64,000 nucleotides of DNA. It comes from Neodothiora populina (Eukaryota). The first letter of the stretch is position 1, and each line of letters opens with the position of its first letter. Position numbers and translations under genes: made by a program. The stretch lies in contig NW_027191411.1 of NCBI RefSeq assembly GCF_041146345.1, positions 62,001-126,000 on the forward strand, written 5' to 3'. The notes under the pieces were generated by a model. It was not told where the DNA came from, searched no databases, and saw nothing but the letters and a program-made list of their open reading frames with translations. This document shows positions 50,344 through 62,406 of the stretch, piece after piece.

Positions 50344-51675
50344 GCCTTTTCAGCTGAAACTTCAAGTCCATCCGGCGGATAGATCATGACCACTGCCTGA
50401 CCTCGGGTTTTCTTCCTTGTCTGTCTATTTTCTGCGACCCACTGTCATTGTAACATTATATCATCGCATCACTGGGAGCTCGGAACAGGGTTCCAGGTCT
50501 CTACGTTGCTGTGACATTTGCATCATCATGCAGACACATGGGCGCATTTCCTTTGTTGTTATCTGTATATCACCAGCCGAGCAGGAGGGAGAGGCAGAAT
50601 AGAAAAGATGATCAAGAGACCCTGCATGAAGAATAATTTCTCCAGTCCTTTGTCCTATGCGCCTCAGACACATCACAGACGTCTCGTGTCTCGCAAATCC
50701 CCCATGTGCACGCCTCAACTCGTAGATGAAGTGAGGCGAGTAGCTAAAAGGACTTTATTACACAATTAACCAATTGAAAAACGTGGCTTTTTTTCCCGAC
50801 CATGGCACATGTATCCGCATCCAAGCGAACGGGATCCACGAGATAAGGCACGTCCCGACCCTCGTGCGATTGCCGGGAGGAAGTATACGAGGTTAAAAGA
50901 AAAGAAGATAAGCGTAGGTACAGTAGATATCAAGCAAAGCTTCCTTTTCCGCTTCGCTTATGGACAAGGCCAAGGGTCCAAGAGAAGAGAGATAACGCAT
51001 GATATAGTAGAGCGGCGAAGTGTAACATATTCTTCTGCAGGCATGTCTATCACTCGTGGTTCTCTTTCAATTTTTTAAACTTTCGGATTCTCGATAAGGG
51101 ATGAGGGGGTCAATATAACATGTGTCTGTGTCGCATCACACGACAAAGAACGATCACATCACCAGAAGACAATAACATCGACGATGTGTCAGAATGAGCG
51201 ACTCGAAATCAAAACAAGACGGCGACTTTGTTAGGAAAGGAGAGAGACGCAGAAATGTAGAGTCAGAGATACAACAAGGAATGAGTAAAGCCTTGGCTGC
51301 ATGCTGATCTTGCAGATCGACGTTTCTCTCTGCACAGCCACGGTGGAAAGCAAAGAAAATAAGCAAAGATGTGTCAAGGACGAAACATGGAGGCAGAAAA
51401 AAAAAGTGTGTCAAGGGAGAATATTATTGTGATGCTAATTTATCATGAGACCGGTTCAGAAATCTATGGGGCCTCCAAGAGTTAACTAATGCTGTTGAGC
51501 AGCAACCGTCCAGCGCATGTGCTGTTTCCGAAAGTAAATCAATTCTCAAAATTCCTCTCCGTTGTACTCCGGCCCTTTGTCTTCCTCGCGTTAAATCGAG
51601 AATGTTGGGAACCCGTGAACAGAGCCTCTTGGCGACCGACAATGTGTTGTCTTCCTAAGGCTAATGTACTGGAAG

Positions 51676-52578
51676 CTAGGGCTTGTTGCCTTTCTTCTCG
51701 ACCCAATCACGCCATTGCTTCCATTCTTTGTAGTTCAGATCGACTTTCTTGCCCTCGTACCTTACGAGTTCCAGCCCCGAGACCTTACGCCACTCGTCTC
51801 TCTTGCCCGACCAGCCAGCTTTGCGCATCAGACTGATGATGGCCTCTTCCTTAGTCCAACCTTGCTCGAGAGCGACGTCGGGAAGATATGTCGCGCCTAG
51901 GCGATTGCTGTGTGATGTGAAACTTATGCGAATGCCGTGAACACCAATAGTCCAATCGAATGGATCGCGGGTGGGCGCGGAGAAGTTGGTCAGTAGAGTC
52001 ACGCAGCACTGAAGCTTGGGGAGAAGCTCTTTCGAAATGGGCATGAAGCGGTGGTCCTCGAAGGCTGAAGTGAGAGCATAATCGCTGAGACCCTCTTCGA
52101 GCGGCTGAGCCTGGAACGTGCCTATACATCCGCGTAGAGACTTGTTGCCGCTGCTGGGAGAGATGGTGTTCCACGTAATGAACAGTGGACAGCGATCCTC
52201 AGGCCTCGCCGAGGCTGACGATAGGGAGGTACGTGATGAGGATTGGGAGGCCGGGGCAGTGCTACTGCTGCTTTGACCCGAAGAGGACGATGATGTAAGA
52301 GTGGATGAAGAGGAAGCGGAGTTTTGCGAAGCGACGTGGCGGAGAAGACGTGATATGGCGGCTGGACGACCTGAACTGCCTGCAGTTGATGTGCGAGACG
52401 TCGAGTCATCCTCGTTGTCCACATCCGTCATCTCGGCATCGTCGGTCTCATGATCCTCGTCTTCATTGTAGCACTGATCCCACAACTGTTGCACCTGAGC
52501 TAGAGTGAGCGCTGGTCTCTTCTCAAAGCTGGCCGCCAGAGTTTCGAAGCAAAAAGCGCAATGTGCTCGAGTGGCCAT
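51676..52578 (-). CDS. AMMECR1-domain protein
   Basis: MAT.AHC..CFE.L, PLFITWN, LRGCIGTF, YALTSAFEDHRF.PI, W.IG.HGIRISF, ATYLPDVA.EQGW, SLMRKAG. Confidence 0.93.
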   Translation of the reverse strand: MATRAHCAFCFETLAASFEKRPALTLAQVQQLWDQCYNEDEDHETDDAEMTDVDNEDDSTSRTSTAGSSGRPAAISRLLRHVASQNSASSSSTLTSSSSSGQSSSSTAPASQSSSRTSLSSASARPEDRCPLFITWNTISPSSGNKSLRGCIGTFQAQPLEEGLSDYALTSAFEDHRFMPISKELLPKLQCCVTLLTNFSAPTRDPFDWTIGVHGIRISFTSHSNRLGATYLPDVALEQGWTKEEAIISLMRKAGWSGKRDEWRKVSGLELVRYEGKKVDLNYKEWKQWRDWVEKKGNKP

Positions 52579-53656
52579 TTTGGTGTGATGATGTGCTTTT
52601 TGAAGTACAGATGAGTTGCTGGGAGATGTATAGCTGACCACTGACCCTTCAGCTGCAATGTATGCCTCTGTATATAGAGGCTACGAACAACAAGATGATC
52701 TGGGAAGCGAGGCAGATTTATTATATAGTAAGATAGGTAGTTCTATCCTTTGCAAGGTTGTTTGGTTGGGAGTGAGGGATATGAAATGGGCGGACACGGA
52801 ACTCAAGGTGAAAGTCTGGATATAAGCGGTAGCACTGGGCAGGACGGGATTCTACGATATGATGAGTTGGTCGGTCTTCAAAACTACTTTATGTTATTTC
52901 TGGGCAAGTGTGAAAAGCGAGGTATGGTGAGGTATCACAAGATGAGAGTTGGAAGCTCCCAAGAGAGCGGCTGACCTCATACAGCGGGGCGTGATCGGGG
53001 TCCCTGCCTAGAAGGTAAGTAAGATTATCAGGATAAGGCAATTACCCTGATAGCAGCACATGCGTCTGCAAACACCCGTGTGGTCGCACGCACGGCTGCA
53101 TAAATCTGTGATTTGCATAATAATGCAAGGCTCACGGGCCCATGCACAAACTACCACTCGTCTTCGTAGATCGAACTACAAACAACCAACTCACATCTGG
53201 TATAGATTGTATTCAGATACGTCTGGCCCTTTTCTCAATGGTATACTCGCTGGATCTACGACACTTTCCTCAAAGAAAGAATGTATCGCCGCTGAAATGC
53301 TACAATGAATTAATGAATCGAGTCTGCTAATAATGAGCATCGGTGCTCTTGACAACGGTCTCCAGTTCATCAAAGAGGTCTTTGTCCGTACGAAGATGAA
53401 GAGAAGCATTGTTCTTTGACCTTTTGTTCCAATCTCATGTCTCTACGAAGGAAGCTTTGACTTCCGAATCCTTTGTTCACGCCAAAGAAATGCTTTGTCG
53501 TGAACTCATTCAATGCACTATATATACTCGATGTCATCCCACTTCCATGCTGTGCTACCTGCATCAGTCCCCTCTAATCCCTGTTACATTCTCAGAGCCG
53601 TGCTCGAGGATCAGGGTGGGTCAACTAACCTAATCAACAGCGTCGATACATTCACC

Positions 53657-55246
53657 ATGGCCAATACCACTTTCGGCATCGAGATTGAATTCATACTGGT
53701 ATGTCCTCTTGACGAATGTCTTGATCTACAGTCAAAGAAGTCCCTGGATTGCACTGAAGATGCCGCGAAGATCATGCTCCATGATGCCCTCAGCGAACCA
53801 TTCGAAACCCCATGTTGGATTCCTAGCTGCAACCAAGATCATCCCCGTCATCTGCCTCTGAAGCCTCTAGACCTCACTCCGGAGGAAGATTATGTAAATC
53901 CTGGGGAAGTCATTAACGCTGAGATGTATGCTGGCTGGAACATAGACGAGGACCACTCTGTCGGGTTTTACAACGAGGAAGATGAACAGAATGCTGCGTG
54001 GCATCTCGAAGAGGAGTGCTTCTTCTTATATGGTGAGATCTCATCCAGGATCATGAACTTCAACAAGCCAACTCCCTGCCCTGGACATCGCGATGAACAC
54101 GACGAAGCGTACGATTGGCGTTTCGAAGTTCGATTCGTCCTCGACAGACTGCGGGCGCGATTCAACGATCCGCAAAAGCCAGGCTATCGCATTTTCGTCA
54201 ATGGATCGTGTGGAGGTCACGTCCACATCGGTGGACAAGTCTCTGATCAGTGGCCACGTATAGCTCGTCTTGTCTCGTGCATGTATACCGCGTTCGAGCG
54301 AGAGATAGACAGGGTTCTCACTGTACCTAGGATCACTGGCTGGGACCATACCGGTCTTGCTGAACCTGCTTTGGCGATAGAAGGGGTGGACCATGGCATG
54401 ACATATCATTATCCAGGCAGCGACTCACCTGATTTCACCTCGGATTATGGGATGTACTGCAAAGCTCTTTCGATGCTTCACCTGACCAACGTCAACAGAG
54501 TAATGCGATTGAGAGGAAGAAAGAGAAATCTGCAGGTACCAAATCAAAATGCCGCAGTACAAGATAGGCAGCCTGCAGGGCTTGATCATCTGGAGGCCAG
54601 GACCAATGTTCCTGCTTGGCTCCACAAGCTACTCCGGACAGCGACCATCGAAGAACTAGATGCTCACTGGAACCATATGAATGGTCACACGACCGCCATC
54701 AATCTTACGAATCTCCGTGTCCAACCAACGGAATCGGAGGTAACCAAGAAGATGACCATTGAGTTTCGCGCCCATGCAGGAACTTTGGATCCCGACGAAT
54801 GGATTTCGTGGGTTGATACTTGCGCCAGGGTCGTCGAGTGCTCCGCCGCGAGCACGGTGAGTAGAATGTGTGATTATTTCCTTCTCAAATGGGCTGATCC
54901 AGATTTCACATTTCTAGAGCTGATCCGTGACCTCGGAACCAGTACTCAGACACAGGCATTCTATGCAACTATGCTGACGGACAGGTATGCCCAAGATCGT
55001 TGGGCCCGAGTCGTCGAGCGAGAGAAGGGCTTCGCACCACACGATTTGAAGCAGCTCGTCCATATCGTCGAGTTCAGGAACTATCAGTGCAGACTTCAGC
55101 ATCACGTGGACGAGAGGGTCCGCCACAAATTCGAAAGAGGACTCTATGGTAAGTTCCCCAAAGCCTTTGTCGATCGCATGCTGCCTAGAGATGTCGCTAG
55201 ACTTCAGGGGTACAAACTGACGATGAACAGAGCAGAGGAAATTTAA
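53657..55246 (+). CDS. Putative amidoligase enzyme (COOH-NH2 ligase, Amidoligase_2-like)
   Basis: TFGIEIEF, W.I.ED.SV, EISSR, VNGSCGGHVHIG, AINL.NL, TIEFRAHAGTLD...WV. Confidence 0.82.
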   Translation: MANTTFGIEIEFILVCPLDECLDLQSKKSLDCTEDAAKIMLHDALSEPFETPCWIPSCNQDHPRHLPLKPLDLTPEEDYVNPGEVINAEMYAGWNIDEDHSVGFYNEEDEQNAAWHLEEECFFLYGEISSRIMNFNKPTPCPGHRDEHDEAYDWRFEVRFVLDRLRARFNDPQKPGYRIFVNGSCGGHVHIGGQVSDQWPRIARLVSCMYTAFEREIDRVLTVPRITGWDHTGLAEPALAIEGVDHGMTYHYPGSDSPDFTSDYGMYCKALSMLHLTNVNRVMRLRGRKRNLQVPNQNAAVQDRQPAGLDHLEARTNVPAWLHKLLRTATIEELDAHWNHMNGHTTAINLTNLRVQPTESEVTKKMTIEFRAHAGTLDPDEWISWVDTCARVVECSAASTVSRMCDYFLLKWADPDFTFLELIRDLGTSTQTQAFYATMLTDRYAQDRWARVVEREKGFAPHDLKQLVHIVEFRNYQCRLQHHVDERVRHKFERGLYGKFPKAFVDRMLPRDVARLQGYKLTMNRAEEI

Positions 55247-55922
55247 CCTACCACTGGTCCCAAGATCGACGATATTGCTTCTTAAGCGCATACGAATGTG
55301 CCATGAGATGCTGTTGACTGGCAGGTTCCACTCCAGCCTGTTGGTACGTCCGGTATGGACGAGGAGTCCAGCGTCGATGCATCAAACGACGCAAGCGAAG
55401 AGACTGAGGAGAGTAGCGAGTATCGTTAGCGAGTATCGTTTGGCCCTCTCGCGGGCTTGAGTGTGTCTTACTACAAGGTAAGTGCCAAGGTAAGTGCTGC
55501 AAGACTTCAACAATGTAAGTGGGTTCGGTCTAGGTTTTCATTTTTTGGCCTCTTTCATTTGGCATAATGTATCGCTGCAAATCAATTTTTTTCCCTCGTC
55601 TCCATACTGTTCGGCTTCAATGTCGTGCTTCGTAGTTTTCCATATCTCATGCTTTCGTTATATTCAGGACGTTTGCCTCGTATGTGCCTCACACGTAGTA
55701 GACATCGAGGAAAGCTCGGCATAAACATTGGGTATGCATTATGTTCATGACTGATCGTGTTCATTTCTATAGTCTAACCCGCAATGTAGCGTGAGCTCGT
55801 GGTATAACCTTTTTCAACGCCTCGCTATGTATCAGATAGGGGTGTCATCTGTTCCCTGTTGACCCAAACGAAAAGAGGAAAAACCAGAAGACGGAAAGAC
55901 GCTGCAAACAACAAGTACAATC

Positions 55923-57608
55923 TCAGCGCTTGCCCTTCTTGCCCTTTCCGCCCCCGGCTGAAGCAAGGGTCTTTGGAGCAGCGTGCCCAAGGTCCTTGAT
56001 ATGCTGATGCATTTTAGATCTCGAGGGGAATGTCGCATCACACATTGCACAGCCGAACTTGGAATCCGATGGTTCGAGTGCGGATGCTGCTGCGGCAGCC
56101 TTTTTGGCTCGTTTCTTGGCCGCCGCGCCCAGTTTGGGTTTCGTTTGTTGTGGGATGTCTTCCACGTCACTGATGTCGTCGTTTTTGGTTGAGCCAGGTT
56201 TAGGGATGGGTGTGTTATCTAAACGTGACGCGAGAAGGGCTTTGACATCTTCGGGTGAGGCGTATTCATCGTTGTCGGTGTCCTCTTCGTCTGAACTGTC
56301 ATGCGATACAGGAGATTTGGACGCTTCTGATGCATTGTCGTTTTTTACTTTCGGTGTTTTCGTTCTTTTTGCTCTCGACTTCGTATTGGTTGCAGTATCT
56401 CGGACTGTCATGTGATGTATTTGTTCGGCTGCCTCAGCGTCCGAGTCGACCAGGATCGGGACAGTCTCCTCTTCGAGTAGCTCGTCGTCCTCGTCGGACA
56501 AGGGCGTATCGGCACCGCTGACAGATGTGCTGTTGAGATTGAGTTTCGCATTGTCCTTTCGCATCTTTTTCTGCAAGGCGAAGACGGCTTTTTGATGTTT
56601 TTTGCTCTTCTCGTGCGCGTCCCATTGCTTCTCACTTTTGAAGGTCTTCCTGCACGCCACGCACTCGTAATGTTCCTCTTCGCTTTCCGATTCTGTGATT
56701 TCACCTTCGTGTTCATCTTTCTCAACAGGTACTGCCCAGGCAGGCACTTCCTGCTGCATCTGTGCCGCATTCGCTGCTCGAGCTCGCGCAGCTTGTGCGG
56801 CAGCAGCATCTCGTAAGATCTTCTGTCTTTCTGCCTCGGTCTGAGTGTTTGGGGTATATCTCGGATCTCTTTTTCTGACGAATGCCACCAGTGCTCTCAC
56901 GGCATCGTTGAATTCTCTCTGACCCTCTTCTCTGAGCTTTTTGTTCTCTTTCTCCATGGCCCGTCTGTACTGTCTGTCCGGAGCCTCTGATAGCCGGAAT
57001 TTGTCCTTCCAGGCGAATGTCTTTCGCGTAGAGAAGCCGATCCAGACCTGGTAGAACTGCTTGACCACATCATTGTACTCGTCGTCGGCATGTCCGAACG
57101 GAGGGTATTCCGGGATGTCGACCTTCTCCCATTCGGCAGCGATCTCTTCTTCCTTGGCCAGCTGCTCGAAGATCTCTCTCAAATACCCGTAGAATCCAGA
57201 GGGTGCATCGGAGAACTCGACGTTCTTGTTGAATCTGCTCATCACGCGCACGAGGTCGTCGGCACTCGTGACTTTGGTGTTGTACTCGAACTGCTCTCCG
57301 GCATCCTGGGCTGCCTCGCCGCCTCGCAGGATGGCTGCCTCATGCGAGTCATACCAGGCACGTTCCTGAGGGTCAGAGAGGATTTCGTAAGCGGTCTGCA
57401 CCTCGGCGAAGAGTTTGGTGGTTTCCTCTACGGCACCATAGTTACGGTCCGGGTGCAGCTCGAGGGCTTTCCGTCGGTATGCTTTTTTCAGTTCGTCGTC
57501 TGTTGCGATTCGTTCGACTGAGAGCAGCTCGTAGTAACTGCGTTTGACTTCTGCTGCTGGCGCTGCTGCTGCGGATGGCGCATTCGCGCTTGACTGACCT
57601 GCTCCCAT
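55923..57608 (-). CDS. JJJ1: J-domain co-chaperone with C2H2 zinc fingers (Jjj1/DNAJC21)
   Basis: J domain [51 protein letters not shown], zinc fingers [23 protein letters not shown] and [17 protein letters not shown]. Confidence 0.93.
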   Translation of the reverse strand: MGAGQSSANAPSAAAAPAAEVKRSYYELLSVERIATDDELKKAYRRKALELHPDRNYGAVEETTKLFAEVQTAYEILSDPQERAWYDSHEAAILRGGEAAQDAGEQFEYNTKVTSADDLVRVMSRFNKNVEFSDAPSGFYGYLREIFEQLAKEEEIAAEWEKVDIPEYPPFGHADDEYNDVVKQFYQVWIGFSTRKTFAWKDKFRLSEAPDRQYRRAMEKENKKLREEGQREFNDAVRALVAFVRKRDPRYTPNTQTEAERQKILRDAAAAQAARARAANAAQMQQEVPAWAVPVEKDEHEGEITESESEEEHYECVACRKTFKSEKQWDAHEKSKKHQKAVFALQKKMRKDNAKLNLNSTSVSGADTPLSDEDDELLEEETVPILVDSDAEAAEQIHHMTVRDTATNTKSRAKRTKTPKVKNDNASEASKSPVSHDSSDEEDTDNDEYASPEDVKALLASRLDNTPIPKPGSTKNDDISDVEDIPQQTKPKLGAAAKKRAKKAAAAASALEPSDSKFGCAMCDATFPSRSKMHQHIKDLGHAAPKTLASAGGGKGKKGKR

Positions 57609-58146
57609 TGTTTCGGCTGTGACTATCACAAGGACTGGTTCAGATGATGGGAACAATGGGGAGCAAGGCGACTACAGACAACCAATATAGTATTGTAGTT
57701 GTTATACAGCCATGATAGGCTAATTGTGGATGCTTGGCGAATGACTCATGCTTTCGCCAGCGTCGATCACGACTCATGCGTGCATTAAGCTTCAAACTAT
57801 GGGGAAACCCTGGGACAAAAGCGGGCAATCTGGACTCGTCTATTTTCGATGCCATCCATATCTCCTACGCCACGCTAGGAATATCGAAGAGGTCGTGTGC
57901 TCTCTTGCCTGTTGGGAGATAGTCTCTACGGCGCCATAAAGAGACAAAAAAACCCCTTCACGCTGTTGCTTTTCCGGGGGGGAAGACATGCCAGTGATGC
58001 ACGGGAGTGGCGACTGTAGAAACACAATGGTGCAGACCCGATCAAGAACGACCAATCATAGCCAGCACCATTACTACGAGGGCTGATGAATCGACCATGA
58101 TGCCTTGGATGACATGAACGAAAGAAACACAATAATCCTCCAAGCC

Positions 58147-59514
58147 ATGAAGTACGGCCATGAATACAAGCAACTGCTCGCGAGTGAAGGCTTCCCAGCA
58201 GAATGGGTGTGCGAAGCAGTATCCTACCGCGAGCTGAAAAAATGCATCAAGAAAGTGCAGCAGGAACTGCTCGCCTTCGGGCTCGACGCAGACACGCTGC
58301 ACAGCGTCCCGGCCATTTTCGGAGTCGGTACGCCGCCGCCGCCGCCACCGCCAGAAGACGAAGACGAAGACGAAGTTTTGTCTGAGCGCCATGAGACGCC
58401 GTCTTCCTTTGTTCCTGAACTATGGGTTGCTGTCGACAAGGAGAGCGGGTCTTTTGTCGATGCTGGGCTTACTCAGGGCACAAAAGACCATTTCAGTCGA
58501 CTTCGCAGCACGACTACTACTGATGATGATTATGGAGTCGAGGTAGAAGAACAAGACGCGCGAGCGGAACGAAGACCTTCGGTGGGATCCGACGTCCGAT
58601 GGGTAAATGTTCCACTGTCGACAGCAGCGACCTTCTTTGATCTCCTCGACCCGCGACTCGCCAGACTCGACGCTCTGCAACAGCAAGAAGAAAAGCGACT
58701 CGAAGGCTCAATCATCAGTCTCGGCAACGCCATCGAAGCACTAACGCACCCGATCGCGAAGAAGAGGCGCAGTGGCAAATTCAAAGAACAGACTGACACA
58801 GGCACCTGGCGCGAGATCCTCGCACTATACATCGACTCGGCCGTGTTCTTCTCAACCTACGAACAAGACCACGGCACGCGCACCTTCACCAAAGCCAAAG
58901 CGCAACTGCAGCAATTCTCCGACACGCTGCTGACGCAAAACCTCGCGTCCAAACTAAAATCGCCCCAGAGCGCGCACGCCTTCTCACACTTCATCAGCAT
59001 AAACCTGTCCATCCTGAAAGCGATGCGCTTCCAAGAACTCAACAACGAAGCCGTGCGCAAGATCCTCAAGAAACTCGACAAGCGCACCTCGCTGGGCGCC
59101 GCCAAAGCCTACAAAGGCAAGCCGCTGAGCGGGCCCTTCGCAAAGTCCATCGCGACAGACATGTGCGCCGCCATGTCGTCCAACGTCGTCTGTGTGGTGC
59201 CGCAGACGACGGACTTTATCTGTCCCGTCTGCTACGGCTTCGCGTGGCGCCCCATTCGTCTGGGCTGCTGCAGCGCCATCTACTGTATCCGCTGCGTGAT
59301 CCGGCTGCAGAAGGAGGCGGAGAGGAAATGCCCCATGTGCAGAGAGGCGACGATCCAGGGCGCGACGGCGGAAAACATCGACGATGTCACCGCGGCGTAT
59401 CTGTGCAGGTATTTCCCCAGCGAGGTCAAGGAGAGGCAGAGGGAGAACGAGCGCGCGGCCACGGTCGATCGGTTCGGTGAGGGGTTTTATCGGCCTGGGT
59501 GTGCCGTTATGTAG
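58147..59514 (+). CDS. SPX-domain RING-finger E3 ubiquitin ligase (Pqr1/NLA-like)
   Basis: SPX motifs MKYG, SYRELKKCIK, NNEAVRKILKKLDKRT; RING CPVC...GCCSAIYCIRC...CPMCR; ends CAVM. Confidence 0.87.
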   Translation: MKYGHEYKQLLASEGFPAEWVCEAVSYRELKKCIKKVQQELLAFGLDADTLHSVPAIFGVGTPPPPPPPEDEDEDEVLSERHETPSSFVPELWVAVDKESGSFVDAGLTQGTKDHFSRLRSTTTTDDDYGVEVEEQDARAERRPSVGSDVRWVNVPLSTAATFFDLLDPRLARLDALQQQEEKRLEGSIISLGNAIEALTHPIAKKRRSGKFKEQTDTGTWREILALYIDSAVFFSTYEQDHGTRTFTKAKAQLQQFSDTLLTQNLASKLKSPQSAHAFSHFISINLSILKAMRFQELNNEAVRKILKKLDKRTSLGAAKAYKGKPLSGPFAKSIATDMCAAMSSNVVCVVPQTTDFICPVCYGFAWRPIRLGCCSAIYCIRCVIRLQKEAERKCPMCREATIQGATAENIDDVTAAYLCRYFPSEVKERQRENERAATVDRFGEGFYRPGCAVM

Positions 59515-59517
59515 ATC

Positions 59518-59520
<3 letters not shown>

Positions 59521-59554
<34 letters not shown>
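59521..59554 (+). repeat. (TC)n microsatellite, about 17 units
   Basis: Direct reading. Confidence 0.95.
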
Positions 59555-59556
<2 letters not shown>

Positions 59557-59960
59557 GTTGTTCTCTTCTTCTTGCCCAGAGTATATCTAGATGATACTCG
59601 CTGTTTACCTTGGGTACGGTCTCATGATCACGGACATGGACGAATGTACGAGACAATAAATACGCAGTTCACGTTAGATCTAGTCTTCTGGACCGGGACG
59701 CGAATGGGTGAACGAGACATTTCTAGCTACGGATTTTGCGCTGGACAGGTTCTTTTCTGTTTGACATGAACTCTATTTGATCATTGCTAGGTGTTGCTTT
59801 CGTATCTCGCTGATTTCCTGCATATGGTGATGGTGGTGGTGATATTAGAGATTATCAACTTTCATACAAGTGCATGCATCTATCCACCTATATTCATTCC
59901 TTCGTCATCATCATCATCGTCGTCATTACATCATCAGTTCTTTTCCCCACACAGTATGCA

Positions 59961-61430
59961 TCAAGTGCTCGCCGTGGGCGGTTTCTGAGCGGCGAGGATG
60001 GCCCTGCGTGAATTTCTCTTAGTTTGACATTTCTTTTGAGCCGATGATCTTGCCGTAATATGGTCGAAAGAAACAAGTGAAGGGAAGTGAAAAAAGAGCA
60101 AGAGGAGCAAAGCAAAGAAAAGAAAAGAAAAGAAAAAAAAGGAAGAAAAAAGAACTCACATCTGCCAGTAATAATGCTTCTTCCTGTCATCCAGATCCTT
60201 CCTGACCTCGACCAGAAACATCTCGACGGCCTCGGGCGACCAATCCAGATACTTTGTCCACAGCTTCAGCGCAATCGCCGAAACAAACTGTTTCGTGTTC
60301 TCCAGAGTATAGACGCCGATTTCCTTTTCCTGGTGACCGCGAGGCCATGGGCCCAACGCCCATTTGGGCCACTTCTCTTTGATGTTCACGAATCCTTGGC
60401 GTTGGAGCTGAGACTTGAATTGCGTGCTGCACATGGTGTCTATGCCTGCTTTGGCGGCTGCCTCTCTGACGCGTTGAGACCAGACCAGAAGAGGAGAGTC
60501 CGGGGGCACACTGTCGTCGTCTGCGAACGCGACAGGGAACTGGACTTCTTGGACTTCGATCCAGCCGCCTGGTCGCAAGTGTTTCCATGCTTGACGGAAA
60601 TACCGTGGCCAGTCATGCATGCCCATGAGTAGCATGCGCGAGTGCACAAAGTCGAATTGCCGTTCGTAGACCCATTCGTCTTCGGCATTGTCGATGAGGA
60701 AAGAACAGTTTGGAGGTGTCCAGGCTGGCTGGATGGGACTCAGATCCGTGCCGATGACGTCTGCTTGGGGATGCAGGTCTGCGAATTCGATGGCCCAGTT
60801 CCCGACTCCTGTGCCGACGTCGAGGACATCATGCAAGGTGTTGGACGTCAAAGGAGCAATGTGGAGACGCTTCTGCAGGGTCAAAGACCAGACTAGATGT
60901 TGGATGTCGAGGCGGTCTATCTCCTGTTCGTCGTTGGGCAGATGATATGCGTCGTCTTCGAACGCGTGATAGCGCCTTCCGTTGGCGAATCGATACTCGA
61001 GGACAGTCGAGTTGAGGGATGCGGTGCTGGAGAGTCGGTCGCGATCCTCGGATCCAAGCGCCGAGTCGATTTCGGAGTTTTCATGTGAGTCGACTAGCAA
61101 CGACTGACCTATGACCAGGTTGCTGGCGCTACTGTTCGATGCTGCGATTGACTCGGCTGCTAGTGGGTTGGTAGAAGGGAGAAGAGGCGAACCGGGTTGA
61201 CTAACAGCGCTCGCTTCTGGTTGAGACTGAAGAGCGTGTTTGTTGAGCCAGTCGTGGGTGTATCTTGGTATCGCCCTGTCGGCGACAGCATCAGAGTCTG
61301 CATTTGTGGTTGGTGGTGCTTCCGCGACAACTTGCTGCTGTCCCTGGCTGTCCTTTTGAGCTTCCGCATCCGGTGTGTCGCCTGCCACTGATGGATGCAG
61401 CGGCAACTGTAACTGCGACGAAGATGACAT
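59961..61430 (-). CDS. SAM-dependent methyltransferase, LaeA-like/TAM-domain family, 2 exons
   Basis: NGRRYH, Y.LPNDEQE.DRLD.QH, VLDVGTG.GNWA, VIGTDLSPIQP, FDFVHSR, LRPGGWIE. Intron 60159-60004; last exon AILAAQKPPTAST*. Confidence 0.9.
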
Positions 61431-62406
61431 GGCAGACTGTTTGTCTTGATTCGAGCAGGACTAGCTCTGCCACGCAGCTTAACGAAGGAAATGCGAAGAG
61501 AAAGAAGAGAGGTCAATACACGACAACCCCTCTCACCCACTTTGGTACGAGTAGTGATGGCTGACAAGTAATTCAATTGATCGTCAGGTCCAAGACAAGA
61601 GCATGACTTTTGAGTTCTGACAAACGGAGCATGGAAAGTTACCGTTTATGTCAAGATATCCTCTCCTTTCCGAGAGCCACTTCCTAGTATATGCAGTACT
61701 GTACATACAGAAAACTGACGACACTGTGAGCTCAATCTCGGAGGCAGGTCCTACCTATACACTGCCAAAGCACAGTAAGGTATGCCTATAAGTGATGACA
61801 TATTCCCTAGGCTTGATTGGCCGTAGAGTCTCTCCTAAGGTACTGTTCCACTGTATGCTGAGAGAAGGGCAAGAAAGAATACCTTAGGTAGTGAGGCGGG
61901 TCGAGCACGGCAGTTGTGCTCTCTGCTGCGCTGCGAAAAGTGGTCAAAGGAATATGAAACAAGATAGGGAGGGGTGAATCCTGCGGGCCGAGGTCAGCCA
62001 CCCGCGATATCCTTTTCCCGGCTGCGTCTGCCTATTCGGGACAACGCACATTCATGGAGCAGAAACAGAGGTTAACACGGCAGCAGAACTATGGCTCGAA
62101 AAGGCCGAGACTTGTATATTCCAGACCAAGGTGTGCGATGAACGAGAGAGGGACTGACTGGAAAAGGAATCGACTCTCTTTTGTCTTTCACACAGTAGAT
62201 ACCATACCTTTGTTCTTCCGACGTGACTTCAACAGTCAAGTTCATTTCTGCTCAACAGTGAGCAGATACAGTACGGTGATTGGGTCGGGGGTGGGAGATT
62301 AATTTCGTTTCGATTCATCATATACAATGTTTTTTTTTCACTATCGCCCTTTTTCCTCCAGCCAGAAGCCATCGTGAAGACGGATGCAAAGAACAATCGT
62401 TCCTCT

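Noticed and set aside
51676..55246. Functional link between AMMECR1 and the amidoligase
   Set aside because: Only divergent adjacency across about 1.1 kb; no shared motif or other support.
55414..55497. Two adjacent short tandem duplications (13 bp and 12 bp) considered as transposon footprints or an array
   Set aside because: Only two copies each, with no terminal inverted repeats or transposase nearby; consistent with replication slippage.
59961..61430. Naming the methyltransferase laeA
   Set aside because: It belongs to the large LaeA-like family; orthology cannot be determined from motifs alone.
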